A stretch of DNA of 64,000 bases, taken from the NCBI GenBank assembly GCA_964016885.1, contig OZ024749.1:30504001-30568000 (forward strand), given 5' to 3'. Shown piece by piece: positions 53,621-64,000 of the stretch (its first letter is position 1; the number at the start of each line of letters is the position of its first letter). The notes beneath the pieces were generated by a model. The model was not told the origin of the DNA. It worked only from the letters and a program-made list of their open reading frames with translations, and searched no databases. The DNA comes from Eledone cirrhosa. Taxonomy: Eukaryota. A program made the position numbers and the translations under genes.

Positions 53621-56600
53621 ATAAATAACAAAGAACGCCTATAGCATATGCATATCTTTACTTGCTAACATTGTTTCATCCGCACTATAAGTGGGCATAA
53701 AGGTTAATTACATACCATACAAGCAATAACAAATCCAAGACATTGAAGAATGAAAGATAATAATGGACGATAAAGGATATTAAGGAAGTAAAAGTAAAAA
53801 TAAAGATAAGAATAAAAATAAAAATAAAAGTAAAAATAAAAATAAAAATAAAAATAAAAATAAAAATAAAAATAAAAATAAAAATAAAAATAAAAATAAA
53901 AATAAAAATAAAAATAAGTTAATAAAATAAACAATGAAAAATAAGCAATGAAAAATAAGGGGTGCTATCAGTCACAGTTGGGCGGGGTGCTGTCAACATA
54001 TAGTTACATACAAGCATACACATGGATAAGAGAACAGACAAGAGTAGACACATGGATAAGAGAACAGACAAGAGTAGATAAGATAGATGGGATTAGGTAA
54101 GAGTAGGTAAAAAATAGGTGAAAAACAGACTTATAATATATATAAATAAGAAAATATAAATAAATACAAAGAAATACATAACAAACTTACATATAAAATA
54201 TAAAATATACAGATAATAGTGATACAGGGTAAGGAATGAGATAAAATAATATAAAATTAAAATTAAAAATTATATAAATAGAACATAATATAATATAATC
54301 GTAAAATAAGATAAAATAAGGTAAACTAAAATCAAATAACATAGACTAAATTAAAATAATATAATATAAGATATAATTAAATGTATAATTAAATGTAATT
54401 AAATGTAATTCAATAAATAAATAAATAAATAAATAAAAAAATAAATAAATAAAAATTAAATAAATAAATAGATAAAAATTAAATAAATAAATAAAATTTA
54501 AATTTAAATTTTAAATTTAAAATTAAAATTTAAATTTAAATAAATAAATAAATAAATGGAGTTAAGTAAGTAAATAAATAAAATTAGATAACATGAAATG
54601 AAATAAAATAAAATAAAATGAAATAAAGTAAATTGAGATAAGATATATATTTTTTTATAATATATCTCTTGAATATATCAGGGGCCCACGAAGGCACTAA
54701 GTGTCACAGTTATGTGTATCACTTGACCATTTTTTAAAAATATATTTCTTGAAAACATCAGGGGCCCACAAAGGCACTAAGTGTCACAGTCACCAGTATC
54801 ACTTGACCATTGCAAGGCAATGGAGGCGTCCCAGGTTGGGCAGTCTCAAAAGTTCACTCGAAAGTCATGGGTGTGCATTCACACAGTTGAGCGGTGGGGT
54901 AATCACAAACCGGTTCACACCCGGGCAGGAGTCCAATGGTCAGAGAGAGGTGCATCGAAGGAGGTAGAAGAATTCACGTGCATTAGCAAGCGAGGTGCAG
55001 GCGGGTTAAAGCAAGCAGACACAGTTGTAGCGCATACAAAAGATATATAAAAAGACAGAAGATATATAAAAAATAGCTTCAAGAGCCATTAAGTCACCGC
55101 ATTGGGACATCACAAGATTGTACACATCAATATGTTCAGCACGTATATGCACGTATACACACCACATGCATATGCAGAGACGGTATACATATATATATAT
55201 ATATATTTTTTTATATACAGACACATACAACCACCTACACCCATACACATATAAATGTATACACGGACACACACGCACACACACACAGCGTAGGACACCC
55301 GGGTCAAAGCTGATATTAAACACCGAAATACCACATTAGACCAGACCCACCACCACAGGTAATACATTCAAAATAAATACATACGATGAGATGTAGTAAA
55401 ATAAAGTTGAAATCCTACGGAGATATTCATGTCCGCACGTGCCATTGACCGATTCAAGTGTACACAGACCGTTAGTAACTACGGAGGGCTATCGGGGCCA
55501 AAACGTTACTTTCGGGATCATAACAACGAACGTCAATATATGGAAGGCCGATCGTGCTAGAAAGACTACAACCCCGGGCAAGAGCTCCCAGAGGTCAGCC
55601 TGTAGATCTTGAACCACAGAATATGAGGGCAACACGTACATGCGCCACGTATCCACTGCTTACGGCGGGATGGCACGGGTCCGCCCACAGTTACAGGCTA
55701 AATTTCTACTAGTGCAGCCTAAATCGCAGTACACACTTTACATAAATACATTACATCACACCTCATGCGCATACAGAGGTACAGATCAACAAGATATACG
55801 TCAGGATAGACCCACCAATGCACCAATGGTGGGTAGGCCAGCGTGGATGGGTTACATCCACTGTGCCAAACAGGGGTGCTTATTAACATACACCCCCACT
55901 CACCTGCACACCCCAATATCCAGATCAATATCCTCCCACAGGCATACGTATACATTCACCGACTCGTATACATAGACGACCAACAATAGGAGACAGTTAC
56001 ACACAGTCAGAGACAGTTACACAAGACAGCCCAACTGGAGGAATAAGGAAGTGCTAGCTAACAGGTTTAAAGTAGAAGAAAGAGCTTAATATTCGGTGGG
56101 GGCAAGAGGAAAATATTTCAGACTTTCTATTTAGTAGAGGGCATTTAGCAAATATAATAGAGTGGGATTCGGCAAGGCACAGGTTACATACTCTACTATG
56201 AGGAGTATATGGATGGGATTTAGCAACCTGCCGCCAAGTAAGTGTGTAACGTGTTCGTGCATTTTTTAAATTATGGACGTACGCTGCCAAGGAGGTGGAG
56301 TTCCTCAGTTTATTATGTCTAAAAGTGCATTGATGAGAGTTAAACCTGGTCTTAAAGGGGGTGGAGGTTGATCCTATATAGGTCTTAGTGGACGCCGTAG
56401 TTACTACATCACACGCATAAACTATGTTTCTAACAAGGCAGAAACCATTCAGGGGGCAGCCTGAAGCCCTTCTACAGTTACAACCTCTGGTGATGCTATT
56501 CTCAGAATGATCACCACTAGTGTTTCTGCCCACTCTGTCCACTACCGTGTTTTCCCCTAGGCTTAGGTTGTCCAGGCCTTCCTTTATTTTCTTATTATTA

Positions 56601-57682
56601 GTGATGGCCAGATGAGAGGCCAGATTTTGGGTTGTAGAATACGAAAGTTTAACAACATTCTTATTGAGGATAGAGTGGTACCTATTACCAGGAGGGAAGT
56701 TCCTTTCTAACACAGAGAAGAAGGCCCTAGGAATATTTATAGCCACTTCAGAATTAAAAGGGGGGTTGAAGTATGTATTCAATCTTCTTCTATTCTTTTT
56801 ATTCTTTCTATTTCCATCAGTATTATTAGCATTATTATTTCTACGGTTCCTATGCTCACCTAGTCTATGCGGGGAGCTGCGAGGCCTACCATTGCTATTA
56901 CTTAGACTAATGGTGCCCTGCTGGTTCATTCCACCGGCATCTAGAAGCCTCCCGTTCACGACACCTCTATTGTTATTACTTAGACTAATGGTGCCCTGCT
57001 GCTTCATTCCACCGGCATTTAGAACCCTCCCATTCGCGACACCTCGATTACCAATGGACATATTATGTGTTATAACAACACTGGTAGAGCTACTATTAGG
57101 ACCATTATTTCCCTGGGTGTAATACAATTTGTCCCTAAAGCCGGATCTAGCTAAGGCGTCGTTATAGTAATCAGCCTGCGAGTCAAACGCCTCCTCACTA
57201 TGTGAGAGTGAACTTATTCTGTTAGATACGCCCTTCAGTATACCGCTGATGACAGACCTAGGGTGGTTGGAGTTGGTATTCACGTAAGTCAGCAATTCAT
57301 TAGGCTTATGGTACGGTGTGTACGTATGGTTATCCAAGTCCAGTGTAACATCTAGGAAGTTCACAGTTCTATCATTTACATCCATAGTAATGGATAGGTT
57401 AAATGTTTTAAAAAAGCTATGCAGCTTTTTCCTAATGCGCACTATATTATACTTACTAGTATCTATGGAGAGTAGGGCGTCATCCCGGTACAACCCGCCC
57501 CTAAGGAAAGGGAAGTTACTATGCAGTTCATTGAGGAGGTATAGCCCAACTAAGTCGGTGACTTGAGCAGAATCACTCGACCCCATAGTAATGTCAAAAT
57601 TATCAGGTGTGTTTTTTCTCGTCCATAGATTATCCTCAAACATGATAATGGTTTTACGTGCAGCGAGAACAATATCTATCTG
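53621..57682 (-). mobile_element. PLE insertion: ORF plus putative ~2.4 kb 3' non-coding region ending at (TA)n
   Basis: The ORF is followed on the minus strand by unique and low-complexity DNA down to the (TA)n at ~53601-53620; a TA-centred hairpin marks the 5' end. The extent of the 3' region is inferred. Confidence 0.6.
53785..53932 (+). repeat. (TAAAAA)n microsatellite
   Basis: Direct reading. Confidence 0.9.
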
Positions 57683-57691
57683 TGGCTGCAA
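56054..57691 (-). CDS. Penelope-like element polyprotein, 5'-truncated: RT palm/thumb, CxCx5C linker, C-terminal GIY-YIG endonuclease (Hydra-clade-like)
   Basis: Open 545-aa frame with FDITMGSSDSAQVTDLVG (RT motif B'), GGLYRDDAL (motif C), VNFLDVTLDL, SNHP, YFNPPF, CNCRRASGC (CxCx5C), NIVY...TYIGST...RFNSH...CNLCLAE (GIY-YIG with Cys/His). Motif A and the N-terminus are missing; the start is a truncation junction, not a real ATG. Confidence 0.93.
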   Translation of the reverse strand: MQPQIDIVLAARKTIIMFEDNLWTRKNTPDNFDITMGSSDSAQVTDLVGLYLLNELHSNFPFLRGGLYRDDALLSIDTSKYNIVRIRKKLHSFFKTFNLSITMDVNDRTVNFLDVTLDLDNHTYTPYHKPNELLTYVNTNSNHPRSVISGILKGVSNRISSLSHSEEAFDSQADYYNDALARSGFRDKLYYTQGNNGPNSSSTSVVITHNMSIGNRGVANGRVLNAGGMKQQGTISLSNNNRGVVNGRLLDAGGMNQQGTISLSNSNGRPRSSPHRLGEHRNRRNNNANNTDGNRKNKKNRRRLNTYFNPPFNSEVAINIPRAFFSVLERNFPPGNRYHSILNKNVVKLSYSTTQNLASHLAITNNKKIKEGLDNLSLGENTVVDRVGRNTSGDHSENSITRGCNCRRASGCPLNGFCLVRNIVYACDVVTTASTKTYIGSTSTPFKTRFNSHQCTFRHNKLRNSTSLAAYVHNLKNARTRYTLTWRQVAKSHPYTPHSRVCNLCLAESHSIIFAKCPLLNRKSEIFSSCPHRILSSFFYFKPVS

Positions 57692-57909
57692 GCTATATAT
57701 ATATATAGCTTGCAGCCATTTGTTGCCTGCCTGTAATTGGTATTAATTTCATTGAATTCTACTGTGGCGTTAATCACATTAAGACGAATGTCTTACTGAT
57801 AACATTCTCTGCATCCATACATACGTCCATACATCCATCCATCCATCCATCCGTCCTTTCTTCCATACATCCATCAATGGTCATTTCACAAGATATTGGC
57901 GTCTGAGGC

Positions 57910-58732
57910 AACGTTGAATACATCAACACCAGTACATGACTGGTACTTGACTGGTAGTTGACAGGTACTTAAATTTATCGATGCTGGAAAGAATGAAAAG
58001 CAAAGTTGACCTTAGAAAGATTGGAACTCAGGAACTAAATGAAGAAAGCATTTCGTGCGACGCTCTAACGATTCTGTCAAAATGATTGTTTCTACTTTAG
58101 GCACAAGGCCAGCGATTTCAAGGGGAAGGGAATGTCGATTAAATAAATACAGTGCATTACTGGTACTTTATTTTATCGACGCCGTAACGATGAAAGATAA
58201 AGCGAACCTCGACGGGATTTAAACGCAGAACATAAAGGGCCATAACTCTATGTGTCCGACGCTCTACCGATACAACCAATCCACACCTGCCTGTCAAAAT
58301 AATATAAAATAATTGTTTCTACTTTAGGCACAAGGTCAGCAATTACCCAGTGCATTACTGGTACTTTATTTTATCGACTCCGTAAGGATGAAAGGCAAAG
58401 TCAACCTCGGCGGGATTTGAACTCAGATTGTAAAGGGACGTAACTATGCTGGAAAGTATGGCATCCGACCCTCTACTGATACTGCCAATCCACCGCCCTA
58501 AATAATATAAAATAATGATTTCTAGTATAGGCACAAGGCCAGTAATTTTTTGGGGGAGGGGAAAGTCGATTAAATCGACCCCAGTGCGCTACTGGTACTT
58601 TATTTTATCGACCCCGTAAGGATGAAAGGCCAAGTTAACCTCGGCGGGATTCGAACTCAGACCGTAAAGAGTCTTAACTCTATGCTGTAAAGCATGGCGT
58701 CCGATTCTCTACCGATACTGCCAATGCACCAC
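57910..58732 (-). mobile_element. Cluster of 3-4 SINE copies
   Basis: Direct similarity. Confidence 0.85.
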
Positions 58733-59029
58733 CTTTCTGTCAAAATAATATAAATAACAAAACGACATATTTACGAACTTGTATGCATCCTTCTTCGAAC
58801 TTTTAAAATGCTGCTGTATTTGGAGCTGGAGAGGAGTAGGGCTCTGCCAAGCAAAAAATGTCCAAGAAATGCCGTCTGTCAATACGGGGACGCTACGATT
58901 TATATCAGGAGGTACGGGACCATGCATGCATTTATGTATGTATGTATGTTTTCTCTTTCTCTTAATTTCGAGTATATTTTTTTTTGACCGGCCACCTTCC
59001 TGGTGGCAAGGTTGTAAAAGAAAAGAAAT

Positions 59030-59440
59030 TGTCATCCCTTGAATTGCAAGAAAGTTTTGCAAATTTTGAAGGTGCCAGCTATCGCAGCCATTTGTAGACT
59101 ATGAATTAGGAAGCTGCGCTTTTTGTCCGCAAATCCAAGTTCAGTCATACTTTGGTCCAAACGGGTTGGTATATAACTCGTAGCTCCAATAATGATGGGT
59201 ATGAAGCTAAAGGTGTATCTTGGATACTGGATTTGTAAACTCTCCATCAATGGTCCGTAGATGTCCTCCTTCTCCTGTATTTTTCTGACAACTTTTACAT
59301 CAGGTGGGGGGGCTGATCTCCACAACAGAACACGTTTTCAATGTGTGGTCCCAAACAACAATATCAGACCGGTTGTGCTTTAATTTGGTGGCAGTTTGTA
59401 TTTTCAGGTTCCACCAGTATTCCTTAGTGCCATCTGTCTC
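59030..59440 (-). pseudogene. RLE endonuclease fragment of an R4/Dong-like non-LTR retrotransposon
   Basis: YWWNLKIQT...HNRSDIVVWD...SVVEISPP, a frameshift, then KEDIYGPL...FIPIIIGATSYIP...LQMAAIAGTFKICKTFL; the 5' junction is a (TACA)n tract. Confidence 0.75.
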
Positions 59441-59550
59441 ATATGTATGTACGTATGTATGTATGTATGTATGTATGTATGTATGTATGTATGTATGTAT
59501 GTATGTATGTATGCATGTATGCATGTATGTATGTATGTATGTATGTATGT

Positions 59551-60089
59551 GGATGGCCATTGACTCTTAAGAGCTCCTTTGCCCTTTGACCGGTTTTGTT
59601 TTTAGTCCTGCAGGATGTCCAAAGTCACGCTCCTCACCAAGAAACCTTGGTGGGGTTGCCAGTTTAGTCCAAAATCACCGGGAGTGATGACCCCTTAGCC
59701 TTTGTCAAGGCAGAATTCTAGGAGAAGGAAAACTGATATAACACCTGCAACCCTGATGGTATCCAATGATGTTGACTTGTTCTTCTTTTTGGTAAATATC
59801 ATCTTGGTTAAGAGAGTGGGACTGGCTTTGTGCAGTGCCTTTGCTCACTATAAAAGCTTCACGGCACAGGCATTGCTTTATATCTGGAGATCTCTCTGCA
59901 CTTGTCGTCATATGGTACCGTGGGCCCAGCAATATGTCTCAATAATTGTCACAAGTGTAGTGTTTGTACCAGAGTTTTCAAGTCGCTGGGTGGACTAAAA
60001 AGTCACACTCGTTCAGCGCTTCGGTAGGGGTTCTCCTACATGGATATAAAGTAGTGGCCGTACTCGAAAACGAGTTGGCAGCCACCATG
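59551..60089. mobile_element. Same family as 11616-12230, internally inverted
   Basis: 59551-59669 matches ~12037-12155 directly; 59670-60089 is the reverse complement of ~11616-12036. Confidence 0.8.
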
Positions 60090-60149
60090 TATGTATGTAT
60101 GTATGTATGTATGTACATATGTATGTATATATATATGTATGTATGTATC

Positions 60150-60352
60150 GATAGTCGATCGACTTTCGTCAGATCAAACCGTGGAAAGAATGTTTCCGTT
60201 GCTAATACTATCTATCGGTCACAACTCCAGGTAGAAGGAGCGATGTGAAATAAAGTGTCTTGCTCAAGGACCTAACGCATCGTGCGGTCCAGGATTCGAA
60301 CTCACAAATTCACGATTGCGAATCCAATTCTCATACCACTCAGCCACGCGCC
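60150..60352 (-). mobile_element. Second tRNA-derived SINE with a CORE-like domain (also ~19230-19455, ~36160-36303)
   Basis: Minus strand: gcgcgtggctgagtggt (A box), gagttcgaatcc (B box), tccttgagcaagacacttt (CORE-like). Confidence 0.72.
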
Positions 60353-60356
60353 TTCT

Positions 60357-60419
<63 letters not shown>

Positions 60420-60458
60420 ATATATATATATATATATATGTGTATATATATATATATA

Positions 60459-60515
<57 letters not shown>

Positions 60516-60547
60516 AGAACAAAAGATGGTTAAATAAGTTCCATGTA

Positions 60548-60614
60548 TTTTATTATGCTCATTTCAAAAACAAAAATCATCATGCAATAACATTTGTGTT
60601 TTCATCAGATAAAA
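60548..60614 (-). ncRNA. Hammerhead, same family as 14747 (stem III substitution)
   Basis: Minus strand: ttttat CTGATGA aaacacaaat... GAAA tgagca TA ataaaa. Confidence 0.78.
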
Positions 60615-60799
60615 TAGGAGGACATGATATGAAGGTTAAAAACACTTGTGGATAGTGCAGTTTTAAATCAACATATGGAACTCATTTAACCATCTTTTGA
60701 TCTTATATATTATGTATACTCCAGTCCTACAAACTGTAGAGTGCTTCTTATCCGATATCTGCATTGCTTTATTGTACTACAATAAAACTCACCTCCTAC

Positions 60800-60839
<40 letters not shown>

Positions 60840-60853
60840 TTGTATGTGTGTGT

Positions 60854-60900
<47 letters not shown>

Positions 60901-61115
60901 TGTCTGTCTGTCTGTCTGTCTGTGTGTGTGTATGTCTGTGTCTGTGTGTATGTGTGTGCGTGAACAAAAATGTATGTATTTGTATATATATATATATATA
61001 TAGTACATAAATTACAATTAAACTCTAGATGTAAGAGCAATAACTCTGCGAAAATTATTTCCCCTGCACCGAATTCTATATTTTTCCCAATGTTATTATA
61101 CGATGCTGGGAGGTG

Positions 61116-61267
<152 letters not shown>

Positions 61268-61710
61268 TTTCATATATAAATATATATATATATATATATA
61301 GATATATATATACACTAAGCTAAGGGCAGACAACCCTGACAGTAAATCTTGTCGGAAGGAAACTCTTGGCCCACTGGCACTAATCTTCCCAAAGAAAGCA
61401 TGGAAGAGTGGTAGTTATGTCAAAGGTCAGTTACACTATGGTTAGAAGAGATTGACCTTTTTGGATTCGATGTGTCAAACATGTGTGGACATGCTTAGAA
61501 TGTCAGAAAACATTTTTTCATGCATGGAACAAACTACCTCTGCATCAGTTGTTAGCAGTTGAGACACTGCATTCTTCAAAACTTCCATGCTTCCCCGAAT
61601 TCGCCAACACTACACCTGATATTCCCCTTCCATACACACGCACGCAGGTATCTGTGTGTATCAGGTGATGTTATTAATTACGACATGGTGATGTTATTAA
61701 TTTAGACAAA

Positions 61711-61897
61711 GGCGGTGGATTGGCAGTATCGGTAGAGGGTCGGACGCCATGCTTTCCAGCATACTTACGTCCCTTTACGATCTGAGTTCAAATCCCGCCG
61801 AGGTTGACTTTGCCTTTCATCCTTACGGGGTCGATAAAATAAAGTACCAGTAATGCACTGGGTGATTGCTGGCCTTGTGCCTAAAGTAGAAACAGTT
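61711..61897 (+). mobile_element. tRNA-derived SINE, full-length young copy (Meta-domain-like; octopus-type)
   Basis: A box TGGCAGTATCGG, B box GAGTTCAAATCC, central gcctttcatccttacggggtcgataaaataaagtaccag, tail gtagaaacagtta. Confidence 0.88.
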
Positions 61898-62531
61898 ATT
61901 AATTTAGACATGGCCTGAGCCAATACTGGCCGAAACCTATCAAAGCTACAGTGATCATACACTGTTCACTTTCCTGACATTTGTACATTATTCTATGTAC
62001 AATGGAGAACCAGTCCAGTACTGGGGTCGATTCTTCCTCTATAGAAAAAATCGTCTGTGTTTAGACCTGGAGAGGGTTGGGCTCCACCGGGTTTAAAATT
62101 GCTCTAGACTTGCCGTTTGACGGTGTCTCTACGACTCGACAAGGAGTTAGGCGATCTTTACCCCTTTATCCTATGTACTATACATGCACCATTGATGATT
62201 TTAAGTGCACCTGAGGACAGTAGACTGTACACAATAATTTCCATTGTTATTATATCATAGATCAGTGTCAAAATGGTTTGAAGAGATTAGAGGTTATGTC
62301 AGAGGTCAGACATTATCAATTGTTAGAAGAGAATTGTTGTTAAACCAGAGGACAGTGAAACAATAGTTAGAAGAGGATGGTGATTATATCAGAGGTCACC
62401 AAAACCATGCTCTGAGGTCACCAGTACAAGTTAATGGGGCCATTCATTCAGTCGACCAACTAAAAAAGCAAATATCTGAGAATTCAACAGATAAACGTGA
62501 CGTATTTCTCAGGGATAGTCAGAGTGGCAGC

Positions 62532-62568
<37 letters not shown>

Positions 62569-62811
62569 TATATAAAAGTACACACACACATTTATGTATA
62601 TGCGTATTTACAAACACACAGAGACACAGGCAAAAGCATATCTACCTATATATATATCGATATATCGATATATCTGTACATGTATATAACGAAGCAAGTG
62701 TGGTAAGGAACCAGGTGGAGCATAACGCACGAGAGTACTCAATACTTAGAGTAGTAGAGGGGGTAATAGGAACAGCTTGAGCTCTGCCGTCGAGGTCTTG
62801 AATATTTTCCA

Positions 62812-62851
<40 letters not shown>

Positions 62852-63153
62852 TATCAAAGTTCTTTCGTTGCACATCTGCAACATCGTCAGTGGTGCTATT
62901 GTTTCCTCCCGCTGCATTGTATGTCTACGCCATCTTTATATATATATATAAGTATATATATATATATTGGTAAAAGGAAAAGAAAATGCTGACAAATTGT
63001 TTCCAGTGAAAAATAGTTTAATTAGGAATAAGTAAAAATTAGTAATAGTATTGGTTAGTATTCAGTTTTTGTCTTAAGTTTTTACCGGTTGCTCTTTTCT
63101 AATGCTTTTCAAAAATAATTTTGAGATGGAGCGCCCGTGATGTTTGCTCTAAT

Positions 63154-63192
<39 letters not shown>

Positions 63193-63272
63193 TATTAATA
63201 ATGAGTTCAAAACTCAGGCAGTCCTTTACAATGAAATAGCTCAAAGAAAGAAGTATTTCTGAGCCGTGTAAT

Positions 63273-63426
63273 ACAAGTTAATATAAATTAATATATTTGT
63301 TAAACACAAATACCAACATATCCGTGTTTGTATTGTAAACGACTAGCTAACTTAGTCGTTTACAATACAAACACGGATATGTTGGTATTTGTGTTTATCA
63401 AATATATTAATTTATATTAACTTGTA
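63273..63426. repeat. Near-perfect palindrome ending in (TA)n
   Basis: tacaagttaatataaatt...aaacgacta / tagtcgttt...aatttatattaacttgta. Confidence 0.88.
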
Positions 63427-63613
63427 TATATATATATATATATATATAAAAGAATAACATTAAGAAAGATGCTGATTTTACACAAATAAATATATATATA
63501 ACAAGTTGACGAGACTAGCATGGGTTTAACTGCTAGTAGTGGTTGCATCTCAGTATACTCAATAGGTAATGTTAAGTAAACTCCCAGAGTAGACACATAT
63601 ACACAGACACATA

Positions 63614-63662
<49 letters not shown>

Positions 63663-64000
63663 ATTAGTAAATGTTTGTATTTGAGTGTGAGTGTGTGGGA
63701 GTATCTGTGTAGATGTTTTTTATGTATTTTGTAGTAGTAATTGTTTATACTTGTGTACACACATACAAGAAATTACTGGTACTTTATTTTGTCGACCCCG
63801 TAATGGATGAAAGGCAAACTTAACCTCGGCGGGATTTGACCTGAGAACGTAAAGGGCCATAACTCTATGTCACGAAGCAGGGTGTCCAAAGCTATACCGA
63901 CTAAGTTGAGTCCGTTTTGATTTCACTTCGCAGGCATGTAAGCGTGTTTGACGTATGTTTCTAAATTTCTACACAGCTATGCAAGATTATAAAAAGCGAG

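Noticed and set aside
54677-54810. CTGATG...GAAA in a short direct repeat downstream of the PLE ORF
   Set aside because: The core is CTGATGT and the stems do not pair; no HHR could be confirmed for this PLE copy.
56664-57566. Plus-strand ORFs of 152 and 82 aa
   Set aside because: Antisense shadows of the PLE ORF.
61711-61800. tRNA gene
   Set aside because: A/B boxes are present, but it is the head of a multi-copy SINE with no cloverleaf.

Overview
Gene-free, AT-rich eukaryotic repeat landscape, probably from an octopod cephalopod (inferred only from the tRNA-derived SINE families). Most ORFs in the track are (TA)n/(CA)n translation artefacts. Real coding remnants: two Penelope-like elements (PLEs), one with an open RT C-terminal half, CxCx5C linker and C-terminal GIY-YIG (Hydra-clade-like), and fragments of RTE-, CRE- and R4/Dong-like non-LTR elements. 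The main discovery is a dense set of type I hammerhead ribozyme (HHR) motifs, about 20 copies from about 12 unrelated sequence families, read by eye on both strands. Most have a palindromic minimal stem III. They sit in short non-coding elements inserted into (TA)n, as tandem arrays (469 bp and 471 bp, retrozyme/pLTR-like) or fold-back palindromes. Variable palindrome centres and copy-private variants shared by both arms suggest the fold-backs form anew at each insertion. Working model (inference): a TA-targeting PLE RT-endonuclease mobilises many ribozyme-processed non-autonomous RNAs. Coordinates were counted by hand and may be off by a few bases.
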